From contig JBNKJP010000067.1 of NCBI GenBank assembly GCA_050291245.1, positions 31,636-95,635 of the forward strand: a DNA stretch of 64,000 nucleotides, in the 5' to 3' direction. Origin of the DNA: Candidatus Thiodiazotropha sp. (GTDB lineage Bacteria > Pseudomonadota > Gammaproteobacteria > Chromatiales > Chromatiaceae). Numbering within the stretch: the first letter of the stretch is position 1; every line of letters starts with the position of its first letter. Both the position numbers and the translations under genes were made by a program. Shown piece after piece: positions 9,060-18,036 of the stretch. Under the pieces are notes generated by a model, which searched no databases, had not been told where the DNA came from, and saw only the letters and a list, made by a program, of their open reading frames with translations.

Positions 9060-9581
9060 ATGGTAAACAACGACCTGTTGATCAAATTACACGATTCGCT
9101 TCGGCTCAACCCGGCAATGTCACCGCTTGACGATGCCGGCATCGCACTGCGTAAACCGATCGGCCCGGACCGTTCACTGCTGATTGCCTGGGCGGAGTCC
9201 CACTTTCCCAGCCTGTGGGTGGATGAAATTCAACGCGCCATAAGCAACCAGCCGGTCTCCTGCTGGCTGGCGCAACAAGCCGGCAATTTGTTGGGCTTTG
9301 CCTGTTATGACGCCACGGCCCTGGGATTCTTCGGCCCCCTGGGAGTGATCGAATCCGCCAGAGGCACGGGCATCGGCAGCGCCTTGAGCCGCGCCTGTTT
9401 TCACGAGATGTATCTCAAGGGATACCGATACGCCATCATTGGGCGAACCCATGCCGAGGGGTTCTACCGCCGCATTGCCCCCGTCGTGGTAATACCCGAT
9501 TCGGATCCGGGCTGCTATGCCGAGACCCTGATGCTCAAGGCGGGATCGTCAAGGCCGCCCCGGACTGACGGCACTGACTGA
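9060..9581 (+). CDS. GNAT family N-acetyltransferase
   Basis: Acetyl-CoA motif FGPLGVIESARGTGIGSAL, plus AIIG and GFY. Confidence 0.85.
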   Translation: MVNNDLLIKLHDSLRLNPAMSPLDDAGIALRKPIGPDRSLLIAWAESHFPSLWVDEIQRAISNQPVSCWLAQQAGNLLGFACYDATALGFFGPLGVIESARGTGIGSALSRACFHEMYLKGYRYAIIGRTHAEGFYRRIAPVVVIPDSDPGCYAETLMLKAGSSRPPRTDGTD

Positions 9582-10167
9582 TCTGCTGTTCCCAGGCCTG
9601 CTGCCGGGCCCTGTTGCGACCGTGGTCGGTCTGTTCCGCTGAATCGTAACTGGCGGACAGGGTATCGGCACGCTGATCGTGTTCATCCATGACCCGGCGA
9701 ACATCCAGGATCAATTGGCGTCGCCGGGTATTTCTCAAGCCCCGGATCTCCGCGACCATGTCTCGATAGCACAGCCCCCCAATATCGTAGTGTCCCTGCT
9801 CATGCGCCAGGAGTTCATCGGTACGCGCCGAACCCACCACCCAGGTGGCGTTCCCGTTGATCACCGTATTGAAGTCCATTTCACCCAAACGGTACTCGCC
9901 ATCCTCCTGGATATAGGCCAGCCGCCCGGGTCGCATTTCTACGGCGATCTGGGCATCCTCCGATTCGCCCGCAGGCCGGGAGGATATCTCAGGAAAATCG
10001 TCCCAGGTCAGGGCCCTCGGCCAACCCGTCAGACGGGGACCAGGTGATGCCGCCGGTGCTCCGACACCTTCCGGTTGTGCGGAACGGAAACCGGCATGGG
10101 GGTTATCCGGTTGCGGCCCGGGTGCGGTGGGTATGTTCCTCCGAGCGGGTGAACTGCTCTCACACAT
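9535..10167 (-). CDS. DUF922-like putative Zn-dependent protease
   Basis: LTWDDF and LLAHEQGHYDI (HExxH) motifs; AGAGGA RBS; Pro-rich N-terminus; no signal peptide. Confidence 0.7.
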   Translation of the reverse strand: MCESSSPARRNIPTAPGPQPDNPHAGFRSAQPEGVGAPAASPGPRLTGWPRALTWDDFPEISSRPAGESEDAQIAVEMRPGRLAYIQEDGEYRLGEMDFNTVINGNATWVVGSARTDELLAHEQGHYDIGGLCYRDMVAEIRGLRNTRRRQLILDVRRVMDEHDQRADTLSASYDSAEQTDHGRNRARQQAWEQQISQCRQSGAALTIPP

Positions 10168-10206
10168 TTTGATGTCCTCTCAGGCGGTACCGACAGACTA
10201 GTCTGC

Positions 10207-10383
10207 TCATAACCCGAAAAAAAGTAATAATGTCACAAGCAACAGAACCCCAGCGACTCGAATACGCGCCTTCACTGCCGGATGATTCCAGGATTCGAGC
10301 CTGCGAAATTGCTGCATACCCAGGCCAAAATAGAGCAATGCCAGAGCCGCGAACAACCCGAGTATCCAAACCTTGACTGTCAT
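10207..10383 (-). CDS. Small two-helix membrane protein, 58 aa (not in the ORF track)
   Basis: MTVKVWILGLFAALALLYFGLGMQQFRRLESWNHPAVKARIRVAGVLLLVTLLLFFGL*, preceded by the strong RBS GGAGGA. Confidence 0.65.
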   Translation of the reverse strand: MTVKVWILGLFAALALLYFGLGMQQFRRLESWNHPAVKARIRVAGVLLLVTLLLFFGL

Positions 10384-10447
10384 TAGGAATCCTCCTGCAT
10401 CACATACTCAGTCGTCGATGAAATCGGTATCCTCCCACGCCACTGAT

Positions 10448-10560
10448 CCGCATTCCCACGCTCCGCGTGGGAATGCGGACCTCGGGTTCGGCGTACTACC
10501 CAATTGCAAATGTTAGGACATAGCTGAGATAGGCATTCCCACGCAGAGCGTGGGAGCGAG
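10448..10560. repeat. REP/BOX-like doublet (CATTCCCACG-N-GCGTGGGAAT family)
   Basis: Palindromes at 10448-10478 and 10532-10560; the same family occurs at 50239-50263 and 63833-63938. Confidence 0.8.
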
Positions 10561-10564
10561 GTGA

Positions 10565-11809
10565 TCAGGCCGGGTTGGCCAGCTGTGCTCGCTGGCGTTC
10601 ACCCCGGTCCGCGGTGTTGAACAGCGCCCGCTCTGTTTCTAACATGGCCCACTCCAAGGCAGCCGCGCGTCGTTGCCGCTGAAAGCCTGTCCGCAGCACT
10701 TGTCGGCATTGGCCCGTGTCGATGGGTTGACCACAGAGATATCGCCGACCCGATAGGTACTCCGACTGATGGGCTTGCCACCAGGCGATCAGCTTGTCCC
10801 GCTCAGGCCAGGGCAGATCCTCGTCATCATCCAGCGCCACCCGTTCATCCTCGGGGTCTTCCGTGGGGCCGGCCTCGAAGCCCTCCGGCATCTCACCATC
10901 CAGATCGAGATAGGCCAGATCGAGCCCGGTGATCAGGCTGACCGCCTCACCCGCTACCCGGGCCAGCGGGGGCAGCTTCAACTGTTCAAGCAGCCAGGGG
11001 ATTGAGGCCGGATCGCCGAACCAGCCGCTCGCCTCGACCACTTCCCGACTTTCGGGCTGTTGCTGACTCAAATCGCGCAGACAGGAGACCGATACCGCGT
11101 GATCCGGATTGCGCATCAGCAGTTCGAGTGCCCTTCTCTGGTAGACAGAGGGTTTCCCGGCAAATTGCAGCAGCTCATCGACGCCTTCGGGACTGCCCAG
11201 CAGGCAGGCCGACCAGGCCGCCCAGAAACGGCAACCCTCATCCCTGTCCCTAAGCTGTGACAACAGTTGTGCCTGCAGGTCATGACGGCGAATCTCCCCC
11301 ACCGAGCGCAAAGCCCGGGCACGTACTTGCGGATCCTCGTCCTCCAGTCCGTCCTTGAGATACGGGCCGCAATCCACTCGACGGATCGCACAGGCGCTGA
11401 GTCCGATCCGGCGCAGCAGAGGCTCAGGGGATTGCAGCCAGGCGCGAACATGACCCTGTAGCCGGTCCCGCTCGACCCAGCCCAGAGCGGAAATCAGTCC
11501 CCGAGCGGTTTCGGGGGCTGCGCGGATCACTTCCAGCACCGGGGCCAGACCCGCTTCCACGGCACTGTCCAGGGCCATGAAGGCAGCGCTGAACACCTCC
11601 CCCTTTTCCTGCAATCCCAGTTGATCGAGACACTGTTTCCAACCCGCCGCACCCGCCACCCTCAGGCCATCCAGATGGGCATCGATGCGGGACTCCAGGT
11701 GAATCAGGTCATCCAGGTTATAGTGCGGCGCGACGACCGCCTCGTCTCGCAGAAGCCAGAGAAAGGCGGACTCTTCAGCGTGCTGCGAAACGATATTCTC
11801 AAGGATCAC
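10565..11809 (-). CDS. TIGR02270 family HEAT-repeat T6SS-associated protein (PA0101-like)
   Basis: N-terminus IVSQHAEESAFLWLLRDEAVVAPHY...RIDAHLDGL; HEAT repeats; GEAVSLITG; C-terminal RQRRAAALE. Confidence 0.85.
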   Translation of the reverse strand: MILENIVSQHAEESAFLWLLRDEAVVAPHYNLDDLIHLESRIDAHLDGLRVAGAAGWKQCLDQLGLQEKGEVFSAAFMALDSAVEAGLAPVLEVIRAAPETARGLISALGWVERDRLQGHVRAWLQSPEPLLRRIGLSACAIRRVDCGPYLKDGLEDEDPQVRARALRSVGEIRRHDLQAQLLSQLRDRDEGCRFWAAWSACLLGSPEGVDELLQFAGKPSVYQRRALELLMRNPDHAVSVSCLRDLSQQQPESREVVEASGWFGDPASIPWLLEQLKLPPLARVAGEAVSLITGLDLAYLDLDGEMPEGFEAGPTEDPEDERVALDDDEDLPWPERDKLIAWWQAHQSEYLSGRRYLCGQPIDTGQCRQVLRTGFQRQRRAAALEWAMLETERALFNTADRGERQRAQLANPA

Positions 11810-11828
11810 GTGGCCGGTGCGTCCCGCG

Positions 11829-12317
11829 TCAGTTGATCTGTACCGAACCGCCTTTGATGCGATTCAGCCCCGAGGAGCGGCTGAAAATGGAGGCGCCGCG
11901 TAAAATGATCTTCCCGGCCCGGGTCAGGGTAATGCTCGATTTGCCGCACTTGAGTACGATTTCCCGTTGCGCGGAGAGTACCAGACGCTCACCGTCGAGC
12001 TCAGCTTCCGCTCGTTCGGGCACCGGCTCAAGCGGCCGGGGATGCTGTAGGCGACCGATGATGAGAGGACGCTGTGGGTCGCCGTTTTCGAACAGCAACG
12101 CAACCTCCTTGCCGAGATCCTCCGGTTGAAAATCGAGGGTGCTTTTGGCACACATCGCCTCCTCCTGGGGATTGCCGGGAAACACCACCCGGGGTCGACC
12201 CTGGGGGTCCATACCCACCAAAATCCCGATCACCACACCCTCCAGTCTGCGGGACTGAGCCGTATCCTTCTGATCTGACGTGTTAGATGTTTTACTCACG
12301 ACGCTACCTCTCGACAC
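11829..12317 (-). CDS. DUF6484 (PA0096-like) VgrG-associated protein
   Basis: VALLFENGDPQRPLIIG and LVLSAQREIVLKCGKSSITLTRAGKIILRG...RIKGGSVQIN; directly downstream of vgrG. Confidence 0.8.
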   Translation of the reverse strand: MSRGSVVSKTSNTSDQKDTAQSRRLEGVVIGILVGMDPQGRPRVVFPGNPQEEAMCAKSTLDFQPEDLGKEVALLFENGDPQRPLIIGRLQHPRPLEPVPERAEAELDGERLVLSAQREIVLKCGKSSITLTRAGKIILRGASIFSRSSGLNRIKGGSVQIN

Positions 12318-12325
12318 TAGGGCCC

Positions 12326-14512
12326 TTAGTTCTGTAGTATCTTCTTGCCTTTGATGATGACATCCTTGCTCGCCTTCATATTGACCTTACCCGAACCCTT
12401 CACTGTGATGTTCTTGCCTTCGAGGATGATGGTACCGTCCTTTTTCATAGTGATCGAGGCCTTGCCAGTCTTGATCACGACCGCGTCACCGGCTTCGATG
12501 GAGAGGGTCTTGCCCACCGTGACGTTAAGGTCATCGCCCACCGCCAGATTATCGCTTTTACCCACCGATACGGAGCGGGCGTCTCCCACGGTGCAAGCAC
12601 TGCTCTTGCCGATGGTCACCGACTCGCTGCCGCCAACCTGAGCGGCGCGGGAGGCACCCACGGTTTCATTCATACCGGCACCGACACTGACCTGGTAGCC
12701 GGCGCCAATGCTCAGGGCCTTGGCCGCGCCGATGGTTTCCGTCTTGTTGATCCCCACGGTTTCGCTTTTGTTACTGCCGATATTGACGCTACGGTTGCTG
12801 CCGATCGAGACACTCTCATTGACACCGACGGTCTCGGTGCGATCGACGCCGATGGTGATGGTCTCGTTATTGCCCACCTCTTCGGTTCGATCGTGACCGA
12901 TGGTGATGGTCTCGTCATTACCCACGCTTTCCGTGCGGTTGACCCCGACCTGGGTGGTTTCATTGTTCTCCACCAAATTATCCTGATTCTTCTCCGCGTG
13001 GATATAGACTTGCTCCTCGCCTTTTTTGTCCTCAAAGCGGATCTCATTGAAGTTCTCCCCGGATCCGCCCTTGCTGCTGCGGCTCTTGATGCCGCTCTGG
13101 GTCATGTTCGCGGGCAATCCGTAGGGCGGCATCTGATCCGCGTTATAGACCCGGCCGGTGATGATCGGACGATCCGGATCCCCTTCCAGGAACTCCACGA
13201 TCACCTCCTGGCCGATACGTGGAATATGCATCGCCCCCCAGTTCTTGCCGGCCCAGACCTGCGCCACCCGGACCCAGCAGGAACTGTTCTCGTCACGAGT
13301 GCCGTAGCGATCCCAGTGAAACTGCAGCTTCACCCGGCCATATTCATCGGTATAAATCTCCTCCCCTGACTTGCCGACCACCACCGCGGTCTGGGGACCC
13401 TGCACCATGGGTTTTGGAGTCGTCCGGGCACTGCGGTATTTTTCCTTGCTGTCGGTACAGCGAAATTCGCAGGTGAATACCGGCGCTTCTGCAATCTCGG
13501 GCACCGATTCGAAGGCGTCGGAATGCAGAAAACAGGTGGTGGCGGTAATCAGATATTCCCGATTCTGATCGCCACGGGGGTGCTCGATGAGGTTGAACAG
13601 CCCCCCGGCGCAGAGTCCCCGGGCATTTGCTTCGCCCTCGAGCACCTCATAGCCGCCCTGAATCTCTTCGATGCGCTGGCGTGCATAGGAATCCCCGTCT
13701 CCGGTCGCTTCATACTCACCGGGATAGTCATAGATCTCATAGTCGGAATGACTGTAGGGACGGGGCTGAAGCGCGTTCACCAAGAGATCTGATTTCGGTT
13801 TCTTGAAATCGTAATCCGTATGCGCGTAACGGCCGGGTTGCACGCTCTTGGTGAATGACCAGCTGTGGATGTAATCCCGCCAACGAGAACTGCCCGTCTC
13901 AGTCGGCGGAACGTAGGGTACGTCACTATAAGCCTCGAGCGGTGCGTGGGAACTGTAGTCGTCACAGAGTATCAGGGTGTGTTTTCCCGGGACATGGGTA
14001 AAAAAATAGTAGATCCCTTCTTGCTCCATCAGGCGACTGACGAAGTTGAAATCCGTTTCGCGGTATTGCACACAGTATTCCCACTCACGGTAGGAACCAC
14101 TGAGTTTATCCTCGAAGTCAGTGAAGCCGTTGTCCCGAAATACCTCTTTGATGATGTCAGGGACCTTCTTGTTCTGAAAGATACGGCAGTCCGAGGTACG
14201 GGTCAGGAACCACAACCAGGGACTCAGGATGGCGCGATAATGGGCAAAGTAGGCGATATGACCGATCTGTGTAAATCGACTGACAAAACCGTTGAAATAC
14301 CGTTTGCTCCCCTCGACCATATCCACCTCTACGGTCATGGGTTTTCCCAGCAGGTCATCATGACTGATCGATTCATTGTCACTCAACAGATCCACCGTGA
14401 ACTCAAACAAACGCCCCTGTTCCTCACGTGCCTCCATACGCAGGATCAAGAGTTCATCCGCTCCCAAGGGGGTTTTGATCTGTAACTGTCGATTACTTTG
14501 TGTAAACGCCAT
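12326..14512 (-). CDS. vgrG: Type VI secretion spike protein VgrG (TssI) with gp5 C-terminal beta-repeats and no effector extension
   Basis: CVQYRETDFNFVSRLMEQEGIYYFF; PRIGQEVIVEFLEGDPDRP; HAEKN. Start MAFTQSNR at 14512 has an AGGAG RBS; 728 aa. Confidence 0.97.
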   Translation of the reverse strand: MAFTQSNRQLQIKTPLGADELLILRMEAREEQGRLFEFTVDLLSDNESISHDDLLGKPMTVEVDMVEGSKRYFNGFVSRFTQIGHIAYFAHYRAILSPWLWFLTRTSDCRIFQNKKVPDIIKEVFRDNGFTDFEDKLSGSYREWEYCVQYRETDFNFVSRLMEQEGIYYFFTHVPGKHTLILCDDYSSHAPLEAYSDVPYVPPTETGSSRWRDYIHSWSFTKSVQPGRYAHTDYDFKKPKSDLLVNALQPRPYSHSDYEIYDYPGEYEATGDGDSYARQRIEEIQGGYEVLEGEANARGLCAGGLFNLIEHPRGDQNREYLITATTCFLHSDAFESVPEIAEAPVFTCEFRCTDSKEKYRSARTTPKPMVQGPQTAVVVGKSGEEIYTDEYGRVKLQFHWDRYGTRDENSSCWVRVAQVWAGKNWGAMHIPRIGQEVIVEFLEGDPDRPIITGRVYNADQMPPYGLPANMTQSGIKSRSSKGGSGENFNEIRFEDKKGEEQVYIHAEKNQDNLVENNETTQVGVNRTESVGNDETITIGHDRTEEVGNNETITIGVDRTETVGVNESVSIGSNRSVNIGSNKSETVGINKTETIGAAKALSIGAGYQVSVGAGMNETVGASRAAQVGGSESVTIGKSSACTVGDARSVSVGKSDNLAVGDDLNVTVGKTLSIEAGDAVVIKTGKASITMKKDGTIILEGKNITVKGSGKVNMKASKDVIIKGKKILQN

Positions 14513-14752
14513 GCAATGCTCCTGCCCGATTTTGCTAAGCATAGCAAACAAATAAAGCCATGACAGTGCGCTATGGGATCGATCATTTCCGCTTGAATCC
14601 GCCATCCGAGGAGCCACATGCCGACTAATGTGCGGTTTACACCTTGTAAGTCCCGCGAAATCGTCAAACAATAGGACAAACCCTGGCATGCCTATGCATT
14701 CGGGTTTGAAGGGATGGGGTTCAGACGAACAACCTTATAGGAGTCTATTGAC

Positions 14753-16147
14753 GTGGCGGAACGCATGACCATGACGTTCGACCTGGGAAAGCCGGGCCAG
14801 AGCGTCTCAGCCTCAGGACAGAAACCCCACGTCATCGTGATCATAGGTGATTTTCAGGGTAACGGTTTTCCTGAAAAGCCCCGCAATGTGGGTAAGCCAA
14901 GGCAAGTGGAGATTGAAACCCTGGATGCTCTGATGGCGAAACTGAAACCCTCGATACCCTGTCCCTGGTCAACGGATACCGCCTCTCCCGTACTGAGTTT
15001 CGAGCGGCTCGAACAGTTCCATCCGGACCATCTCATTAACGAACTGCCATCCCCGGACAGTTGGCCGGTACATACTGGGACGACGCCTGAAACGCCGCCG
15101 CAAACGGCGTCTCAATCCAATCCCGCAATTACAGAGGAATCTGATCAGCAGACCCTTTCAAGACTGCTGGGAAATCAACCCCTGGGAGTGTCATCACCCT
15201 CTGGAGGCACATCGGGAAAGACCCGTAGGCAACAAACCCTGATTGACTCAGTGGTGCAAAAACTGACCGAGCGGGCATCAACCGACAGCGTATCAGAGCG
15301 GCACAATACCCCGACCGAATCCACTCCCCAGATTGCGGGTTCCGCTTTGCGTGGCTTGCTGCATGAGCCTGCGTTTCAACAACTCGAGTCACGCTGGCGC
15401 AGTCTCGATTGGTTGCTGCGCAACAACCCCTTCGAAACGGACTGCCCGGTCTATCTGCTCGATTTTCCGCCACTCACGACTGACAACACCTTATTAAACG
15501 ATGATCAATGCAGCAAAGCGCTTGATGCATTGCAGCAACAGCTTGTCCACCTTAATTCATCAGAAAACCAATTGATTCTGATTTTCGACGAATGGTTTAA
15601 ACCGGTGCCACAAGACATCCTCCTTCTCGAACAGTTGGCGCGGATCGCGCAACACCTGAGTGCACTTATGATCACAGCCGCGGATGTCTCGTTTACAAAC
15701 ATTGAGGCAGATACGCAAACCGGACACTCCTGGGCTGCATTTCGGCAACAGGACAAGGCGGGATATATCATGCTGAGTCTTCCAGGGTTGCTATTACGCC
15801 TGCCCTATGGACGTCGCTATGACCCGATCGAGCACGCTGAATTTGAAGAGTGGACCGGACCTGAGAGTCGAGCAAATCTGTTATGGGGCAGCCCCGCCTA
15901 TGCGTTGTCCCTGATTCTGCTGTGCGAACGAATGGAAGACCGGACTTTTCAAGAACGACGCATCGACGATTGGCCCTCCTTCGCCTATCAACAAGACGAC
16001 GAGACGTTGTTACAACCCGCAACGGAGTCACTCTACTCGGAACAGGACCTGCAGCAACTGCTTTCAATAGGACTGGTGCCCGGACTGGGCAGTCGTCGTC
16101 AGAACAGTGTGCAGTTCCCCTGGTTGCAAACGCTCAAGGGCAATTGA
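14753..16147 (+). CDS. Non-canonical TssB/TssC chimeric sheath-like protein
   Basis: The N-terminus aligns by eye to this window's TssB (VIVIIGDFQG; LSFERLEQFHPD). The remainder aligns to TssC (LLHEPAFQQLESRWRSL; LRLPYGRRYDPIE; LLWGSPAYAL) but lacks the TssC C-terminal domain. Confidence 0.75.
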   Translation: MAERMTMTFDLGKPGQSVSASGQKPHVIVIIGDFQGNGFPEKPRNVGKPRQVEIETLDALMAKLKPSIPCPWSTDTASPVLSFERLEQFHPDHLINELPSPDSWPVHTGTTPETPPQTASQSNPAITEESDQQTLSRLLGNQPLGVSSPSGGTSGKTRRQQTLIDSVVQKLTERASTDSVSERHNTPTESTPQIAGSALRGLLHEPAFQQLESRWRSLDWLLRNNPFETDCPVYLLDFPPLTTDNTLLNDDQCSKALDALQQQLVHLNSSENQLILIFDEWFKPVPQDILLLEQLARIAQHLSALMITAADVSFTNIEADTQTGHSWAAFRQQDKAGYIMLSLPGLLLRLPYGRRYDPIEHAEFEEWTGPESRANLLWGSPAYALSLILLCERMEDRTFQERRIDDWPSFAYQQDDETLLQPATESLYSEQDLQQLLSIGLVPGLGSRRQNSVQFPWLQTLKGN

Positions 16148-16329
16148 TCGGAGCGCTCAAAGTATCTGTTTATAAACAAATCTGTCGGTATTTTTTCACT
16201 TTAACTATCAGGCTTTTGATGTAGTATCAGCTATAAGGGTTTGGCGTTTTATGCTAAACCTATTCCAGGATAACGGAGCGGATCAGCATCACCGATCAGG
16301 CTCAGACAATCCGAGGATTTGGAAACGTA

Positions 16330-17433
16330 TTGGACAACAGGGTGCGCAGATTGAATCCGGCATCGGATTCCAGGCAACACCCAAGCGAATCGGGGGATAC
16401 GGGTTTGACAGGCATCATCGACATCGATCAACTGCTGAGCAGCGTTTCCGATGAAGCGCCTTCCGGTCCCGACATGGAGTACGATCCCCTGTTTGGAGAA
16501 ATGGAACGGGCGGCAGCCTCGAAAGAGGAACAGCAGTATGGTGATACCATCATCCCGGCCGAGGAGCCTGACTGGAAGGCGCTGAAAAACAAGTCTCTCG
16601 AGATACTCGCCCAAAGCAAGGATCTGCGAGCCGCGATCTATCTCACCCGAGCGCTGATCCATACCGATGGCTTTGCCGGACTCTGCGATGGCTTGAGCCT
16701 GCTCAAGGAGCTGTTGGTCGCCTACTGGGACAGCATCCATCCGCAACTCGATCCGGACGATAACAACGATCCCACCCTGCGTATCAATACCTTGATCAAC
16801 CTGTGCGACCCTACGGACTTTCTCGCCGCTGTCAATCGGGTGCCGGTGGTTGCCTCGAATGTAATAGGACAGTTCAGTTTCCGGGATCTGCAGATCGCTG
16901 ACGGCATGATCGAACGCTCGGACAGCGACACCAAAGAGCTCAGTAGTGATTTGATCGACGCCGCGTTCCGCGAAGTCGGCGATGCGCAGAATCAGGAAAC
17001 CCTGAAGCAGATTAACGCCGCATCCCAATGTGTCACCGACATAGAAACGCACCTCAACCAGCAGGTGGGTATCGATCAATCCCCGGACCTGAGCGCCCTG
17101 TCCAACCTGTTGAATCAGATCGCCCAGGAGACATCCCGGCGCAGCGGTGTCGGCACCGTTGCCGCAGACACCCCGGAGGGAACCCCGATGGGGGTGGACA
17201 CCACGGCATCAGTGGAAGCCGTCTCCGGTGCGATCAACAGCCGAGAGGATGTGGTGCGAATGCTCGAGCGTATCAACGAGTACTACACTAAGAACGAACC
17301 TTCCAGTCCGGTTCCGCTTCTGCTGGATCGAGCCAAACGGCTGGTGAAGATGGATTTTCATGAAATCGTCCAGGATCTGGCACCGAGCGGCATGTCCTAC
17401 TTTGATTTCCTGTGGAAGCCGGAAGATCGTTAA
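16330..17433 (+). CDS. tssA: Type VI secretion protein TssA (ImpA_N domain)
   Basis: GPDMEYDPLF; EEPDW; SKDLRAAIYL; C-terminal SREDVVRMLERINEYYTKNEPSSPVPLLL. An alternative TTG start lies at 16405. Confidence 0.92.
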   Translation: MDNRVRRLNPASDSRQHPSESGDTGLTGIIDIDQLLSSVSDEAPSGPDMEYDPLFGEMERAAASKEEQQYGDTIIPAEEPDWKALKNKSLEILAQSKDLRAAIYLTRALIHTDGFAGLCDGLSLLKELLVAYWDSIHPQLDPDDNNDPTLRINTLINLCDPTDFLAAVNRVPVVASNVIGQFSFRDLQIADGMIERSDSDTKELSSDLIDAAFREVGDAQNQETLKQINAASQCVTDIETHLNQQVGIDQSPDLSALSNLLNQIAQETSRRSGVGTVAADTPEGTPMGVDTTASVEAVSGAINSREDVVRMLERINEYYTKNEPSSPVPLLLDRAKRLVKMDFHEIVQDLAPSGMSYFDFLWKPEDR

Positions 17434-17502
17434 GCATCGTGTCGAATATAACAAACAACCATACCTAGAATAGTGGTATCGAGAAACCAAGAGAGGTAGA
17501 CC

Positions 17503-18033
17503 GTGGCAAAAGAGAGCAGCCAAAAATTCGTAGCCCGAAATCGGGCGCCCCGCGTCCAGATCGAATATGACGTAGAACTCTACGGGGCCGAAAAGATGAT
17601 CCAGCTACCCTTTATCATGGGGGTGATGGCGGATCTCTCCGGCAAGCCGGAAGACCCCCTGGCACCGGTAGCGGACCGCAAGATGCTGGAAATCGATGTG
17701 GACAATTTCGATGAACGCCTCAAGGCCACGAAACCCCGGGTGGCGTTTCGGGTGCCGAACACCCTGACCGGTGAAGGCAACATCAATGTGGACATCAGTT
17801 TCGAAAACATGGATGACTTCTCCCCCGCCGCGATCGCCAAGAAGGTCGGTGCCCTGCGCCAACTGCTCGACGCCCGCACCCAACTCGCCAACCTGTTGAC
17901 CTATATGGACGGCAAGTCCGGCGCGGAAGAGCTGATCGCCAAGGCCATCAACGATCCGACCTTGCTGCAATCCCTGGCCTCCGCGGCCAAACCCGATGAC
18001 GCATCGTCCGAAGAGTCCAGTTCCGAGGAGTAA
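17503..18033 (+). CDS. tssB: T6SS contractile sheath small subunit TssB (VipA)
   Basis: RNRAPRVQIEYDVE; LPFIMGVMADLSG; DDFSPAAIA. Confidence 0.97.
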   Translation: MAKESSQKFVARNRAPRVQIEYDVELYGAEKMIQLPFIMGVMADLSGKPEDPLAPVADRKMLEIDVDNFDERLKATKPRVAFRVPNTLTGEGNINVDISFENMDDFSPAAIAKKVGALRQLLDARTQLANLLTYMDGKSGAEELIAKAINDPTLLQSLASAAKPDDASSEESSSEE

Positions 18034-18036
18034 CCC

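Noticed and set aside
10408-10440. Possible 3' remnant of a deleted gene (AWEDTDFIDD*) next to the REP doublet
   Set aside because: Only 10 codons, and the upstream frame runs through REP DNA to a stop at about 10513; indistinguishable from chance without comparative data.
14513-14689. 59-aa N-terminal extension of VgrG in the track
   Set aside because: The ATG at 14512 has an AGGAG RBS and matches normal VgrG starts; the extension covers the divergent promoter region.
14540-14700. Sigma-54 promoter candidates near vgrG (TGGCATGCCTATGC; TGGCTTTATTTGTTTGC), and a similar one before tssA near 16240
   Set aside because: GG-to-GC spacing is 9, 12 and 8 nt instead of the required 10.
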